Positions 1 through 10,438 of a DNA stretch of 64,000 bases are shown in pieces. A program made the position numbers and the translations under genes. The notes below the pieces were generated by a model that was not told the DNA's origin, searched no databases, and saw only the letters and a program-made list of their open reading frames with translations. Each line of letters starts with the position of its first letter. Position 1 is the first letter of the stretch. This DNA is from Crocinitomicaceae bacterium (lineage in GTDB: Bacteria > Bacteroidota > Bacteroidia > Flavobacteriales_D > Crocinitomicaceae), in NCBI GenBank assembly GCA_047630755.1, contig JBLHYG010000019.1:21239-85238 (forward strand). The letters are read 5' to 3'.

Positions 1-633
1 TTCGTTGGTGATGATCTCATCCAATTCATTTTCATAGTGCATGATCAATCCATGGTGTTTGGAAATATGATCCATTATGAAACTGGAGTCCTGCTTGGGA
101 AGCACTCCGTTCCAAAAGTATTTTTCTCTAACTAGGAAGTGAACTTTAATATTTCTTGACAAGAACATCTCGGCCAGTTCGATTCCAATCAATCCGCCTC
201 CAATAACGACAGCTGTTTTTAAACCAACCGAATATTTTTCAGCATATTCTAGATCTTGCTTTGAGTAAAGGCCACCAACGCGTTTTGCATCTTGTCCTTT
301 CCATCCGAATTTATTGGGCTTTGATCCTGTCGCTAGGATCAATTTTGAATAGGAGAGTTGATCTCCATTTTCCATTGTAATTGAATTGGTGCTCGTGTCG
401 ATTGAATCTACTTTTGCATGAAGAAGATCGATTTTATTGTCTTCCCAAAAATGATTCTCGTAGGGCTGTATGTGTTCGAATTTCATGTGTCCCATGTAAA
501 CATACATCAGTGCGGTTCTCGAAAAAAAGTATTTCGATTCAGCAGAAATAATGGTTATCGGTTCGGCGCTTCGTTTGCGAATATTTCTCGCCGCCGTTAC
601 TCCTGAAATTCCATTTCCGATAATTAGTATCAT
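1..633 (-). CDS. FAD/NAD(P)-dependent pyridine-nucleotide-disulfide oxidoreductase; start and N-terminal ~211 aa present, 3' end cut by the window edge
   Basis: Reverse-strand ATG at 631-633. The translation begins MILIIGNGISGVTAARNIR, a GxGxxG dinucleotide-binding motif. A second Rossmann motif VVIGGGLIGIELAEMF lies further in. The frame stays open to the window edge. The gene is absent from the ORF track because it is incomplete. Confidence 0.6.
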   Translation of the reverse strand, partial: MILIIGNGISGVTAARNIRKRSAEPITIISAESKYFFSRTALMYVYMGHMKFEHIQPYENHFWEDNKIDLLHAKVDSIDTSTNSITMENGDQLSYSKLILATGSKPNKFGWKGQDAKRVGGLYSKQDLEYAEKYSVGLKTAVVIGGGLIGIELAEMFLSRNIKVHFLVREKYFWNGVLPKQDSSFIMDHISKHHGLIMHYENELDEIITNE

Positions 634-699
634 TTTTCAGTTTTAGGTCAATTGGCTTTAAGACGTCTAGATTTGTCTAGTCTTACAACCAACTTCATT

Positions 700-1800
700 T
701 TATTGAATTACTTCTATTGTTTTTTCCCAGTTTTGAAACTTGTTTGTGCCTTGCTTATTCATCATTGAAATTGTACCCTTTAAGACAACAGTTCCAACTT
801 TGGGAGTTTTAAGAAATATTTGAGCTTTACCTTCATCATCGTAACTAATCCTTGCGTTTGGATTGTTTTCAATAGTTAATATGGGATGTGCATATGAGTT
901 GATTGCTGCTACACTGACTTCTAAATTTAAATTATTTCCGAATTTAATTGCCTCCGGTCCTTCAACAATGGGGATAATTTTATCAAAAAAATCGCCACTT
1001 GAAGCGACTTTTAAATTCCAATTTGACAATGCTAACCTTCTCGCTTTTAGAACAGAGTTTTCTAGACTTTCCAGTAATGACAATGAACCGATAAGTGTCT
1101 GAGGATATATTTTTTCTAATGATGATTTACCAGTTATTAAAGAATATATTATTTCGGCAACTGCTTCTATATCATCTGGATTAAGGTTGTTTCTTTGTAG
1201 AGAGAGATCTTTATGAATTTCATTTAGAGTAGCTCGACCAACTTCTCCACTAACTTTGAATGGTTTGATTTCAAATTCCCTTCCGGCCCATTCATACGTA
1301 GCTGTTAGCTTTAACAATTCGGTTTTAAAATCTTCAATTTTATTTTTTAAAATCGAAGCGTCAAAAGATACCTCAGAGTTTGGCTTTTTTAATTCTCTAA
1401 ATGCAAATTGCAATACCACCAGATCAGAATTGCTTTGAAGTTTTTGCGGCTTAATTTTCTCATTCGCATCGGCAATTAGGGATGTCTTTAAACCGTTTAT
1501 ATGCTTGCAAATTTTTTGAGTTTCTTTCTCTATTTGCTCCATTCGTGTCATTACGAATTGAAGATTCTCCCTTCTTTTTTTGTTCGCTTTGTTGTTGGGA
1601 GTACCATGGAATTCGGCGAGTACATTGTTGATACGAATTGTTCCATTGTAAAATTCTGATTCATTAGAACTTTGCACTGAATGTGCCATAAAAACCATTG
1701 TCTCTGCATCAATCTTTTCAGTTTTTTTAGAATCGCCGCAAGAGAAGATAAGGATGAATACTGCAAAAAGTAAAATGAGCTGAATAGAGCTTGATTTCAT
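700..1800 (-). CDS. hypothetical lipoprotein (signal peptide plus lipobox FSCG)
   Basis: The ORF track gives 700..1818. The likely true start is the internal Met (MKSSSIQLILLFAVFILIFSCGDS), which gives a lipoprotein signal. I recognise no domain. Confidence 0.55.
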   Translation of the reverse strand: MKSSSIQLILLFAVFILIFSCGDSKKTEKIDAETMVFMAHSVQSSNESEFYNGTIRINNVLAEFHGTPNNKANKKRRENLQFVMTRMEQIEKETQKICKHINGLKTSLIADANEKIKPQKLQSNSDLVVLQFAFRELKKPNSEVSFDASILKNKIEDFKTELLKLTATYEWAGREFEIKPFKVSGEVGRATLNEIHKDLSLQRNNLNPDDIEAVAEIIYSLITGKSSLEKIYPQTLIGSLSLLESLENSVLKARRLALSNWNLKVASSGDFFDKIIPIVEGPEAIKFGNNLNLEVSVAAINSYAHPILTIENNPNARISYDDEGKAQIFLKTPKVGTVVLKGTISMMNKQGTNKFQNWEKTIEVIQ

Positions 1801-1914
1801 AAATAGAGTTATACGCATAATTTACACCTTTTCTTAATACAATCGAAAATTATAGGCACAAAAAAACGTCGATTCAAATAAATGAATCGACGTTTTATAA
1901 TTCTTACCCAGTCT

Positions 1915-2868
1915 CTACTTCCAGACTCCTCTGCTCGAGAAAGCTTCAATTCTATTGTTGATTCTGTCTTCCGGTTTAATTGCTTTCAATTCCGTTAAAT
2001 ATTTAGCAATCGATTTTTTAACCGTTTTAAATGTTTCTTCGTGGTTTCTATGTGCACCATTCGATGGTTCTTTAATGATGTCGTCAACGATTCCAAGTTT
2101 CTTCATATCTGTTGAGGTCAACTTAAGTGCATCTGCTGCTTTCTCTTTAAAATCCCATGATCTCCATAAAATGGAAGAACAAGATTCGGGAGAGATAACA
2201 GAATACCATGTGTTCTCTAACATGACAACTTTATCTCCAACACCAATGCCCAATGCTCCACCAGATGCTCCTTCACCAATGATGATGCAAATTACTGGAA
2301 CTTTCAAGCGCATCATTTCATAAATGTTACGTGCAATTGCTTCACCTTGACCGCGCTCTTCAGCCTCTAAACCAGGAAATGCTCCAGGTGTGTCAATGAA
2401 TGTCACGATTGGTTTGTTGAATTTCTCGGCCATTTTCATCAATCGAAGTGCCTTTCTATATCCTTCTGGATTTGGCATTCCGAAATTTCTGAATTGACGC
2501 ATTTTCGTGTTCACTCCTTTTTGCTGTCCAATGAACATTACTGTTTCACCATCTAACAATCCAAAGCCACCGACCATCGCTTTATCGTCTTTTACGTTTC
2601 TATCTCCGTGCAATTCTTGGAATTGACCATCCGTAACTGCTTCAATATAGGCCATTGTATAAGGACGATCTGGATGTCTAGACAACTGAACGCGTTGCCA
2701 TGGAGTTAAGTCAGAGAAAACCTTTTTTGTTTTGGCTTTCAGCTTTTTCTCCAATTCTTTGATCGATTCCGTCATGTCCACTTCTGTGGTTTCACCAATT
2801 TCTCTGGTTTTAACAATCTGGTCTTCTAGTTCCTTGATTGGCTCTTCAAAATCTAAATAGGTCGCCAT
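1915..2868 (-). CDS. accA: acetyl-CoA carboxylase carboxyltransferase subunit alpha
   Basis: Full-length match to the AccA family, including [25 protein letters not shown] and [15 protein letters not shown] motifs; 317 aa. Confidence 0.93.
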   Translation of the reverse strand: MATYLDFEEPIKELEDQIVKTREIGETTEVDMTESIKELEKKLKAKTKKVFSDLTPWQRVQLSRHPDRPYTMAYIEAVTDGQFQELHGDRNVKDDKAMVGGFGLLDGETVMFIGQQKGVNTKMRQFRNFGMPNPEGYRKALRLMKMAEKFNKPIVTFIDTPGAFPGLEAEERGQGEAIARNIYEMMRLKVPVICIIIGEGASGGALGIGVGDKVVMLENTWYSVISPESCSSILWRSWDFKEKAADALKLTSTDMKKLGIVDDIIKEPSNGAHRNHEETFKTVKKSIAKYLTELKAIKPEDRINNRIEAFSSRGVWK

Positions 2869-2932
2869 AATTTTTTTATCTATTTGAGCGGCGAAAGTTA
2901 CAAAAATTGTTTCGTTGTTATACCTTTATAAT

Positions 2933-3730
2933 ATGATATTATTTCCCCCTGCTAAGGTCAATTTGGGACTCAATGTACTTTCAAAAAGAAGTGATGGTTA
3001 CCACGCGATTGAGACGTGCATGCTCGAGGTTCCTTTGTGTGATGTTCTTGAAATACAGAAGTCTGAGGTGTTTGAGTTTAAATCAACAGGATTGGAAATT
3101 AATGGAAGTCAAGAGGAAAATTTGTGTGTTCAGGCCTTTCGAATGTTGGAAAATGAACATAATTTATCATCTGTGTATATTCATTTGAGGAAGATTATTC
3201 CAATGGGCGCTGGATTGGGAGGTGGATCTTCCGATGCAACTTCGGTCCTTTTGGGATTGAACGACTTGTTCGAATTGAACTTGTCAGATGAAAAATTGGA
3301 AAGCTACGCTTCTCGATTGGGGAGCGATTGTGCGTTCTTCGTTAAGGGCGGTTCGCAATTAGGATCGGGTAGAGGTGAGGTTTTGAATCCAATCTCAATC
3401 GATTTATCTGGGAAGTTTTTGAAACTCATCAATCCTGAAATTCATATTGGAACATCCGAGGCATATTCGAATGTTCATTTTATTGATAGTTATTCGATTG
3501 CCGATGCGTTAAAAAATCCGATAGCGTTGTGGAAGGACCAACTTCAGAATTCGTTTGAGGAATTTGCTTTTAAAGCGCATCCTGTCTTAAACGATCTAAA
3601 GAAAGCGATGTACGATGAAGGTGCTCTTTTTGTAGCAATGTCCGGCAGTGGTTCGACCCTTTTCGGGATTTATAACGAGGAACCTGAATTGACAAGTGCT
3701 TATGAGTTGGAGTGGGTTTTTAAATTGTGA
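2933..3730 (+). CDS. ispE: 4-(cytidine 5'-diphospho)-2-C-methyl-D-erythritol kinase
   Basis: GHMP-kinase motif PMGAGLGGGSSDA and an N-terminus FPPAKVNLGLNV typical of IspE. The start is moved to the internal Met (MILFPPAKVNLGL). Confidence 0.88.
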   Translation: MILFPPAKVNLGLNVLSKRSDGYHAIETCMLEVPLCDVLEIQKSEVFEFKSTGLEINGSQEENLCVQAFRMLENEHNLSSVYIHLRKIIPMGAGLGGGSSDATSVLLGLNDLFELNLSDEKLESYASRLGSDCAFFVKGGSQLGSGRGEVLNPISIDLSGKFLKLINPEIHIGTSEAYSNVHFIDSYSIADALKNPIALWKDQLQNSFEEFAFKAHPVLNDLKKAMYDEGALFVAMSGSGSTLFGIYNEEPELTSAYELEWVFKL

Positions 3731-3800
3731 AAATGCTTTTCTAATTCCGTAGGATTGGATTAGCTATTACTAAATAAAGGCATTGACAGAATTAGAAACG

Positions 3801-6056
3801 TTAGCGTTTCACCAACTTCTTCGTAACTACATTCCCGTTATCCAAAGTGATTTTCACAACGTAAATTCCTTTTGAGAAATTAAGGACATCCAAAGATGCC
3901 GAAGCGTTTGAGGTGTCAACGGATTTTACAATTTTCCCGCTTAAGTCAATGATCGTTATGTTCTTTAAATTCGATTCACTTGAGGCGATTGTAATCGAGT
4001 TTGAACTTGGGTTCGGATACAAAGCCACGTTGTCACGCAATTCGATTTCAGAGATGCCAACATCGCTGTTTGGATTCGCTTCGAAATGGAAGACCCCGCC
4101 TAAATCTTGTCCAACGAACATGTTTAAGTTTCCATCACCATCAATGTCCTTTACTGCAAATGAGCTGTAAGCCTCAACGTCGATACTTAAATAGTGATCG
4201 GATACCAAATGAAATTGTTGACCTGTTCCCAAATTGTTATCGATACTGTCGTAATAGATTAATTTTCCCAATTCAGATCCAAGGAACAATTGCGTTACGT
4301 TGTTTTCTCTGAAGAAATGAGGCGAAGCAAATACATCCGGTTTATTGCTCACGATGTCAATGTTTCCAAGTTGAATATTCGCCAATTCGAAAGAAGGTAC
4401 GTTCACCGTTCCGATGTTTCTGTAATAATGAATTTCACCTGTTTTAGATCCTAATATTAAATCCAATAAACCGTCATTGTCAAGATCAAACACCTGAGGA
4501 TGTGTGTACCCGAAAGAAGCAATTAGGGCAGAATTGTTGTCCAAATACCCAACTTGAGGCGACCCGAAAACGGCACCAGCGCCAATTGAATTGTTTTGGT
4601 AATACACCAATGAGCCGTCTTCCATTCCTAAGAACATATCCTCGTCTCCATCACCATCCATGTCGCCAAATGTTGGAATGGATCTCAACCCAAAATTCTC
4701 TTGATCCAGATTAAAAAGATTGTAGTCGATGTACGTGAATTCCGGTAGGCTTGCGGTTCCTGTGTTTTTGTAGTAAGCAATCGTACTTTCTTTATCCAAG
4801 GAAGGAATGTATCGAAAGAAATTTCCAATAATTAAATCATCCAATCCGTCTTCATCAAAATCGAAAATAACAGGAATCGTTCCTGTACCGTGTTCAATCA
4901 TTTCATTTTGAAAGAGGTTGTTCGCAGTAAAGATAAAGTTTGGGATTGCGTCCGTTCCGATGTTTTTGTAGTACCGAATACTTGTTTCGTTTTCAGAGAT
5001 ATTCTTAGCGTTTGCGGTCACTAGTAAATCGCGAATTCCGTCAAAATCCACATCGACGTAAAATGAAGCTGGAAACAACTGAATATCAGCAGGTGTTGTA
5101 TTTGAAGGGAAGTTAGGGTCAACAGAAATGATTGCTGAGTTTGTATTGGGCGCGGTTCCATTGTTGGTCAGGAGCGTTAAATTAGGGTGTGCAACGTCTC
5201 CAATGACCAAATCGTAAACACCAGAATTATCGATATCAATTGCCAAAACGGTTGATCCAGCGTGTTTATTGGTTCCTTTTACAGTGCTTCCGTTTTGTCC
5301 TGCAACGCGCAATGGATTGGATATATTACTTCCCACACATGGGAAATCAGGATCATTGAGAATTATGTTGTTTGTCAAAGCTGCCTCACCAAATAATCCC
5401 CAACATTCGTTTTGAAGAATGAACTCCAACGAGTCAGGAATCCCATAGAGTTCCATACTTTGATTTTGATGGTATTCCAAGTTTTTGCCGCCTTGGTGAA
5501 AGGTCAATACATCCATGTCGCCGTCGAAATCCACATCGACAATTGCAGGAATGTCTGAAGAGTTAACATACAATTGACTCGATCCATTTACATATTCGGA
5601 GTACACCAAATCCGATGCTAACACCCATTGTATTCCTGTTCCAATGGTTCCTACATTGCGGTAAACCTTGATTCCGGCGAGGCCATAAGTCCAAAGATCT
5701 TTGCGTCCATCATTGTCGTAATCAACCATTGTCGCTCTGTAGCGCACGTCTGATGGGAAATTGACTTTAGAACCATACGCCAATTGATAAAACTTCGTTC
5801 CGCCTTGATCTTCTTGCGTATAGACTCGAATATTGTCGTTGCTACGGTCGAATATAAATAAATCCATATCACCGTCGAAGTCGTAGTCAAAATCAGAAAT
5901 TTGGACATAGTTTAAACCACCTCCCCAAGGGTTTGTGAGTGCATCGCCGCCTTGTTTGACAATGATAGAATTATCGTATTCAAAACCGAATTGACCGTGC
6001 GCAAATCCAGTGATAAGCGTGATGCAAATTAAAATAACGTGTTGTTTGAGTCCCAT
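3801..6056 (-). CDS. FG-GAP/VCBS-repeat protein with T9SS type A C-terminal sorting domain
   Basis: Signal peptide present. Repeated DxDxDGxxD calcium-binding-like motifs (DFDGDMDLF, DFDGIRDLL, DLDNDGLLDL). The C-terminus reads LYPNPSSNSITI...YVVKITLDNGNVV, the expected T9SS sorting-domain pattern. Confidence 0.8.
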   Translation of the reverse strand: MGLKQHVILICITLITGFAHGQFGFEYDNSIIVKQGGDALTNPWGGGLNYVQISDFDYDFDGDMDLFIFDRSNDNIRVYTQEDQGGTKFYQLAYGSKVNFPSDVRYRATMVDYDNDGRKDLWTYGLAGIKVYRNVGTIGTGIQWVLASDLVYSEYVNGSSQLYVNSSDIPAIVDVDFDGDMDVLTFHQGGKNLEYHQNQSMELYGIPDSLEFILQNECWGLFGEAALTNNIILNDPDFPCVGSNISNPLRVAGQNGSTVKGTNKHAGSTVLAIDIDNSGVYDLVIGDVAHPNLTLLTNNGTAPNTNSAIISVDPNFPSNTTPADIQLFPASFYVDVDFDGIRDLLVTANAKNISENETSIRYYKNIGTDAIPNFIFTANNLFQNEMIEHGTGTIPVIFDFDEDGLDDLIIGNFFRYIPSLDKESTIAYYKNTGTASLPEFTYIDYNLFNLDQENFGLRSIPTFGDMDGDGDEDMFLGMEDGSLVYYQNNSIGAGAVFGSPQVGYLDNNSALIASFGYTHPQVFDLDNDGLLDLILGSKTGEIHYYRNIGTVNVPSFELANIQLGNIDIVSNKPDVFASPHFFRENNVTQLFLGSELGKLIYYDSIDNNLGTGQQFHLVSDHYLSIDVEAYSSFAVKDIDGDGNLNMFVGQDLGGVFHFEANPNSDVGISEIELRDNVALYPNPSSNSITIASSESNLKNITIIDLSGKIVKSVDTSNASASLDVLNFSKGIYVVKITLDNGNVVTKKLVKR

Positions 6057-6172
6057 AGCTTTTAAAGAGTGATCTAAAATTATAAATTATTGCCCAATAC
6101 CTATGTGTAATAACGAGGCAACTTACCAATAAGTTTGAAGTCTTACCGATAAACAGACTCTATTATTGAATT

Positions 6173-7399
6173 ATGAAAAAAATATACCTCACCTTATTAA
6201 GCATCGCTTTTATGGGTTTTTCTTACGCTCAAGACAGTGCTAACGTATTGTTTATTGGAAATAGTTACACCTATTTTAATAATATGCCGGGCTTAATCAG
6301 CGACCTTGCTGCCTCTCAAGGTGACTTTTTTGAATCAACTTCTCAAACGCCAGGAGGAATGACCTTTAACGGCCATGCTTCGAGTGCAGCAACGTACACC
6401 GCAATCAATAGTGATTCTTGGGATTACGTTGTTCTTCAGGGGCAAAGCCAAGAACCTTCTTTTTCTGATGCTCAAGTGAATACGCAAACATTGCCGTATG
6501 TAATGCAAATTGCAGACAGTATTAATGCAAACAATGATTGCTCGGATATTCTTATGTATATGACATGGGGTCGGGAAAACGGTGATCCTCAATGGGCACC
6601 AATTTCTACGTTTGACTTAATGAATGCACGCTTGCGGTTAGGCTATATGAGAATAGCAGATTCTGTTCAAGCATCCATTTCTCCAGTTGGATCGGCTTGG
6701 AAATATGTTAGAGACAACAACCCCGGAATTGGATTGTACAATGCTGATGAATCGCATCCAAGTCTTCACGGTTCTTATTTGGCAGCTTGTGTTTTTTATG
6801 CATCGATTTATAGAAAATCACCGGTAGGAGCGCCATTTATCAGTACAATTAGTCAAGCGGATGCCGATGTTCTGCAAGCCGCTGCCGCATTAACGGTTTT
6901 GGATAGTTTGGATCAATGGCATTTGCACGATGAATCTGAGCACACACAAGCGGATTTTACATATGTGGTCAACGGATCAAATGTGACCTTTACCAACGAA
7001 AGCCTGAGAGCGAGTTCGTATTCTTGGGATTTTGAAGATGGACAGAGTTCAACAAATGAAAATCCATCAATTTGGTATTCTGGAGTTGGGACATATACTG
7101 TTTCATTGATTTCAGAAAGCTCTTGCGATTCAGATACGATTGAGTATGACGTGACAATTTTACAGGCCTCGATTAATGAGAATCAAGATTTGGGATTGAG
7201 TTATGCTCAAGTTACTCCAGGTGTTTTTGAAGTGCTTGGAGCCAACGCTGTTGATTTAATTACGGTAGTCGATGCTTCGGGAAGATTCATTTCAGAATCA
7301 ACAAGTACAACAATTGATCTTTCGAAAGAGCCTTCTGGAATGTATTTAATTTCGATTCAATTGGAAGATAAGATTCAACGGATCAGAGTGCTTAAATAA
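6173..7399 (+). CDS. secreted SGNH/GDSL-like hydrolase-fold protein with PKD-like domain and T9SS-like C-terminal domain
   Basis: Signal peptide present. LFIGNSYTY is a GDSL/SGNH-like block. SYSWDFEDGQSSTNENP...GTYTVSLI is a PKD-like segment. The C-terminal ~70 aa have the layout of a T9SS sorting domain (GMYLISIQLEDKIQRIRVLK) but lack the PNP motif. Confidence 0.7.
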   Translation: MKKIYLTLLSIAFMGFSYAQDSANVLFIGNSYTYFNNMPGLISDLAASQGDFFESTSQTPGGMTFNGHASSAATYTAINSDSWDYVVLQGQSQEPSFSDAQVNTQTLPYVMQIADSINANNDCSDILMYMTWGRENGDPQWAPISTFDLMNARLRLGYMRIADSVQASISPVGSAWKYVRDNNPGIGLYNADESHPSLHGSYLAACVFYASIYRKSPVGAPFISTISQADADVLQAAAALTVLDSLDQWHLHDESEHTQADFTYVVNGSNVTFTNESLRASSYSWDFEDGQSSTNENPSIWYSGVGTYTVSLISESSCDSDTIEYDVTILQASINENQDLGLSYAQVTPGVFEVLGANAVDLITVVDASGRFISESTSTTIDLSKEPSGMYLISIQLEDKIQRIRVLK

Positions 7400-7408
7400 T
7401 AGTATTCC

Positions 7409-8041
7409 CTAGATGGTCAGGATCAGATCGTCTAGGTGTTTTCTCACCTTTGCTCCGTGTTGAGTGATATCTTCTTCATGGCGGTAACCAACAGGAATGG
7501 CCAAAGTAGGAGTTAAATTTTTATCTGAGAGGCCAAGAATCTCGCTGTATTTTGCAGGATCAAATCCTTCCATAGGCGTTGCATCAATTCGAAGAGACGC
7601 GCAGGTATGTAAAAGCTGACCTAGAGCGATGTACGTCTGCCGCGTCGACCAATTCAATATTTCTTGTTCTGATCTGGCGTTCATCTCTCCTTTGATCCGG
7701 TTCGAAAAACCGTCTAAATTTTCAATTCTTACATTTCTTGTATGTGAAATAAGTTGCATGTAGGAATCAACGTCTTCGTCTTTAATTTTCGAATACGAAC
7801 ACAAAACGAATAAATGAGACGCATCCGCAACTTGGCGCTGTCCGTAGGAAGCTTCTACCAATTTCCCTCTTAATTCAACTGATTCAACAACGACTACTGT
7901 AAAGGATTGAAGTCCATAAGAAGTAGGTGTTAAACGCAAAGATTCTTTCAATGTATCAAAATCGGAATTGCTGATTTTCTTTTCAGCGTCGAATTTTTTT
8001 ACGGCGTATCTCCAATTAAGGTCTTCGATGACTTTGTTCAT
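7409..8041 (-). CDS. nitroreductase-family NAD(P)H-dependent oxidoreductase
   Basis: 210 aa. N-terminal RYAVKKFD is typical of nitroreductases, and the overall layout resembles NfsB/YdjA-type enzymes. Confidence 0.75.
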   Translation of the reverse strand: MNKVIEDLNWRYAVKKFDAEKKISNSDFDTLKESLRLTPTSYGLQSFTVVVVESVELRGKLVEASYGQRQVADASHLFVLCSYSKIKDEDVDSYMQLISHTRNVRIENLDGFSNRIKGEMNARSEQEILNWSTRQTYIALGQLLHTCASLRIDATPMEGFDPAKYSEILGLSDKNLTPTLAIPVGYRHEEDITQHGAKVRKHLDDLILTI

Positions 8042-8099
8042 TTCTTGATCGTTTGATAGAACAAATGTATAGTTTTCGATTTGATTTGCGGGTTGAACA

Positions 8100-8381
8100 T
8101 TATGGTATACTTAGTAGAACAAGGAATGAAATACATCCGATTAAGATGATGGAGATAATGATGCTGATTTGAATCGTACTTTGTCTTTTGTCCTTGATCA
8201 GTTTTGCTCTAAACGCTTTCTTGTCCTCTGTGCTCAATGTGTTTTGGTACTCGAGTGGTTTTTTGTTTTGTGCAACTTCAAATTCTTTGTATTTGTCGCG
8301 CATTGATTTTTTTTCATAATGCATTAGACGGTTATTCTTCAAAGAAGAAATCATTCCAGAAACAAATCCACCGTAGCCCAT
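8100..8381 (-). CDS. hypothetical small tail-anchored membrane protein
   Basis: 93 aa, Lys-rich, with one C-terminal transmembrane segment (IQISIIISIILIGCISFLVLL). No recognisable family. Confidence 0.35.
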   Translation of the reverse strand: MGYGGFVSGMISSLKNNRLMHYEKKSMRDKYKEFEVAQNKKPLEYQNTLSTEDKKAFRAKLIKDKRQSTIQISIIISIILIGCISFLVLLSIP

Positions 8382-8452
8382 ATTGAAGAAGTTTGTGTTA
8401 GAGAATTGTTTTTTAAACGTTTCATTAAAATAGTGAATTTTGATGAAGTTTT

Positions 8453-8465
8453 GTGAATTTCACAT
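8453..8465. promoter_or_regulatory. perfect 6-1-6 palindrome TGTGAA-T-TTCACA, candidate operator
   Basis: Read directly from the sequence, about 72 bp upstream of the start of the minus-strand 93-aa gene. The half-sites resemble CRP/FNR-type TGTGA/TCACA but with non-canonical spacing. Confidence 0.25.
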
Positions 8466-8779
8466 CATTAATTATTAAAGTTCGGAGGGCTGGATTCACT
8501 TGCCTCAATAGAGAGAAATAAAGCTGATGTATGCCGTGTCGAAAAGGAAAGATAGATGGTATGAAAAAGAGATGTAGAAACTTGAAGAACTCTGTTTCTT
8601 AAATGTATAGTTGATCGTCTAGCTTGAAAATGAAAGATTATAAAAAGTCTAGAACCAGTCAAACCTACTCGAAAATTACGTAAATGTTGCAATCAATTTC
8701 GAGTACTTATACGGTTGTATTTATCTTGATTTATCAATAGTTTTAAGCTCTGTAATTCATTTAACCAAAAACTACTACT

Positions 8780-10345
8780 ATGAAATTTGCAAGATTACTA
8801 CTACCAATAACTGCTCTTTTTGCTTTTTACGCCTGCACACCAGCCGACGAGAAAGAAGAAAAAGAAATCGAGGAGGACATTATCGAAGCTCTGGAAGGCG
8901 TTCCTTCTGATGCACAAGACACATATCCATTAACAGAAGCTGATTTTAGCACTTGGTTTGCAAGTGGCTCAATTACTAAAGATGGAGCGGTTGATGCCGC
9001 CAATAGTATGGATTTCACGAACACAAACAATGTTGACTTTTACAAATGGTCGTACCGTATGTTCTTATGGATCACTTCGGAAGAATCAGATGGAACACGG
9101 GTTTTTGACTCGAAGACGTTTTATGATGTTGCTCCGGCAGATTCGAAGGGCAATAGAGCGTTAATTCCGCATGAACCTGGAGTTTACAGAAGCTTCTCTC
9201 CGCGCTTGTTGCAAACGAGAAATGTAGATGCTGATCTTGATGAAACAGAACAGGGCCAAGCAGGAGGTGGCGATGTACTAATGACTCAGAATGGAAGTCT
9301 TGTTTATTACACGTTGATGGTCAATGATGTAATGGCTGTTTTTAGAACAAAAACGTTTGGTACAACACCGAATGAGTTTCCAAGTACTTCAAGTGAGTTG
9401 GATGCTTTGGTGGATTATGGAAAACTTTTTGGAGTGACGATAGATGATCCCAAAGCTTTAGCAATGGAATTGAAATTGTCATGGGTAGAATCTAGTTCAC
9501 TGTCAAATCCAGAAGACTATGTGCAGATCAAAGCTTCTATTCCACAATACACAAAGAATGCTGGTAATACGACATGGACAACCACTGGCGAGACGAAAAC
9601 AACTATGTTGGCGCTTACTGGAATGCACGTTGTTGGGAATGCACAAGGACATCCTGAGATGCTTTGGGCAACTTTTGAACATGGAACGAATACTCCACAA
9701 GAAGAATATTCATATATCACAAATACTAGTGCAACCAAAACAGTTCCGTTTTCTACTTCGGGAGATTTTCTTTTCTGTGCAGATGGAGCGGTTTCGCCTT
9801 TTAATGTAGCACACATGAAAATGGATGGATCTAACATTCAAGCTGAAGAATCTTTTGAAGTTAGTGCGAGTAACTCGACTCTTGTGAATTCATGGGGAGC
9901 AGCTGTTGGTGTTACACCGAACCCTTTGGTGACAAGCGATGCTGAATCAAATTCAGAAGTGATTTCTTTAAATAGTTCCGTAATAGGAATGTTAATTGAT
10001 GGCGATGTTCGAAAGAATTACATGCTTATTGGATGTACTTGGACAGACGAAGGTGGGTATCCATATAGCGCGATGTCAAGCGTCGACGGCGGTATGGTTA
10101 ACTATCCTCGAACAGGACTGCCATCTGTTGAAGGATTAGGTGATGCAGTAGGTACAAGTCGCTTGGCGAATTCTACAATGGAAACGTATCACCAGGCGGA
10201 TAACTGCTTTAATTGCCACAACAACTTCACATCTGTCAACACAGTTGCTGCAAATGTTGCAGGAGGAGGTTATACGGATTTGAGTCACATCTTTTCAAAT
10301 CTTGAACAATTACCGCCAGTAATTATTATACCGGATTCGAAGTAA
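8780..10345 (+). CDS. hypothetical lipoprotein with a single CxxCH motif near the C-terminus
   Basis: Signal peptide and lipobox (LFAFYAC). 521 aa. Contains ADNCFNCHNN (C-F-N-C-H). No other recognisable domain. Confidence 0.65.
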   Translation: MKFARLLLPITALFAFYACTPADEKEEKEIEEDIIEALEGVPSDAQDTYPLTEADFSTWFASGSITKDGAVDAANSMDFTNTNNVDFYKWSYRMFLWITSEESDGTRVFDSKTFYDVAPADSKGNRALIPHEPGVYRSFSPRLLQTRNVDADLDETEQGQAGGGDVLMTQNGSLVYYTLMVNDVMAVFRTKTFGTTPNEFPSTSSELDALVDYGKLFGVTIDDPKALAMELKLSWVESSSLSNPEDYVQIKASIPQYTKNAGNTTWTTTGETKTTMLALTGMHVVGNAQGHPEMLWATFEHGTNTPQEEYSYITNTSATKTVPFSTSGDFLFCADGAVSPFNVAHMKMDGSNIQAEESFEVSASNSTLVNSWGAAVGVTPNPLVTSDAESNSEVISLNSSVIGMLIDGDVRKNYMLIGCTWTDEGGYPYSAMSSVDGGMVNYPRTGLPSVEGLGDAVGTSRLANSTMETYHQADNCFNCHNNFTSVNTVAANVAGGGYTDLSHIFSNLEQLPPVIIIPDSK

Positions 10346-10379
10346 CAATTTGAATTCAAAGAGAATTAAAACGAAATAA

Positions 10380-10414
10380 AAGAAGCCTGAGGATTTGTTC
10401 CTCAGGCTTCTTTT
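10380..10414. terminator. bidirectional rho-independent terminator between convergent genes
   Basis: AGAAGCCTGAGGA-TTTGT-TCCTCAGGCTTCT hairpin with an A-run before it and a T-run after. Confidence 0.65.
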
Positions 10415-10438
10415 TTTGATCTTAATGTTTATGTGGGT

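Noticed and set aside
418-606. 62-aa plus-strand ORF
   Set aside because: It lies antisense inside the much longer, motif-bearing oxidoreductase ORF on the minus strand. It has no start context and is probably a chance ORF.
8468-8692. 74-aa minus-strand ORF in the 8382..8779 intergenic region
   Set aside because: The composition is low-complexity and not protein-like. There is no start context. It is probably non-coding promoter DNA.
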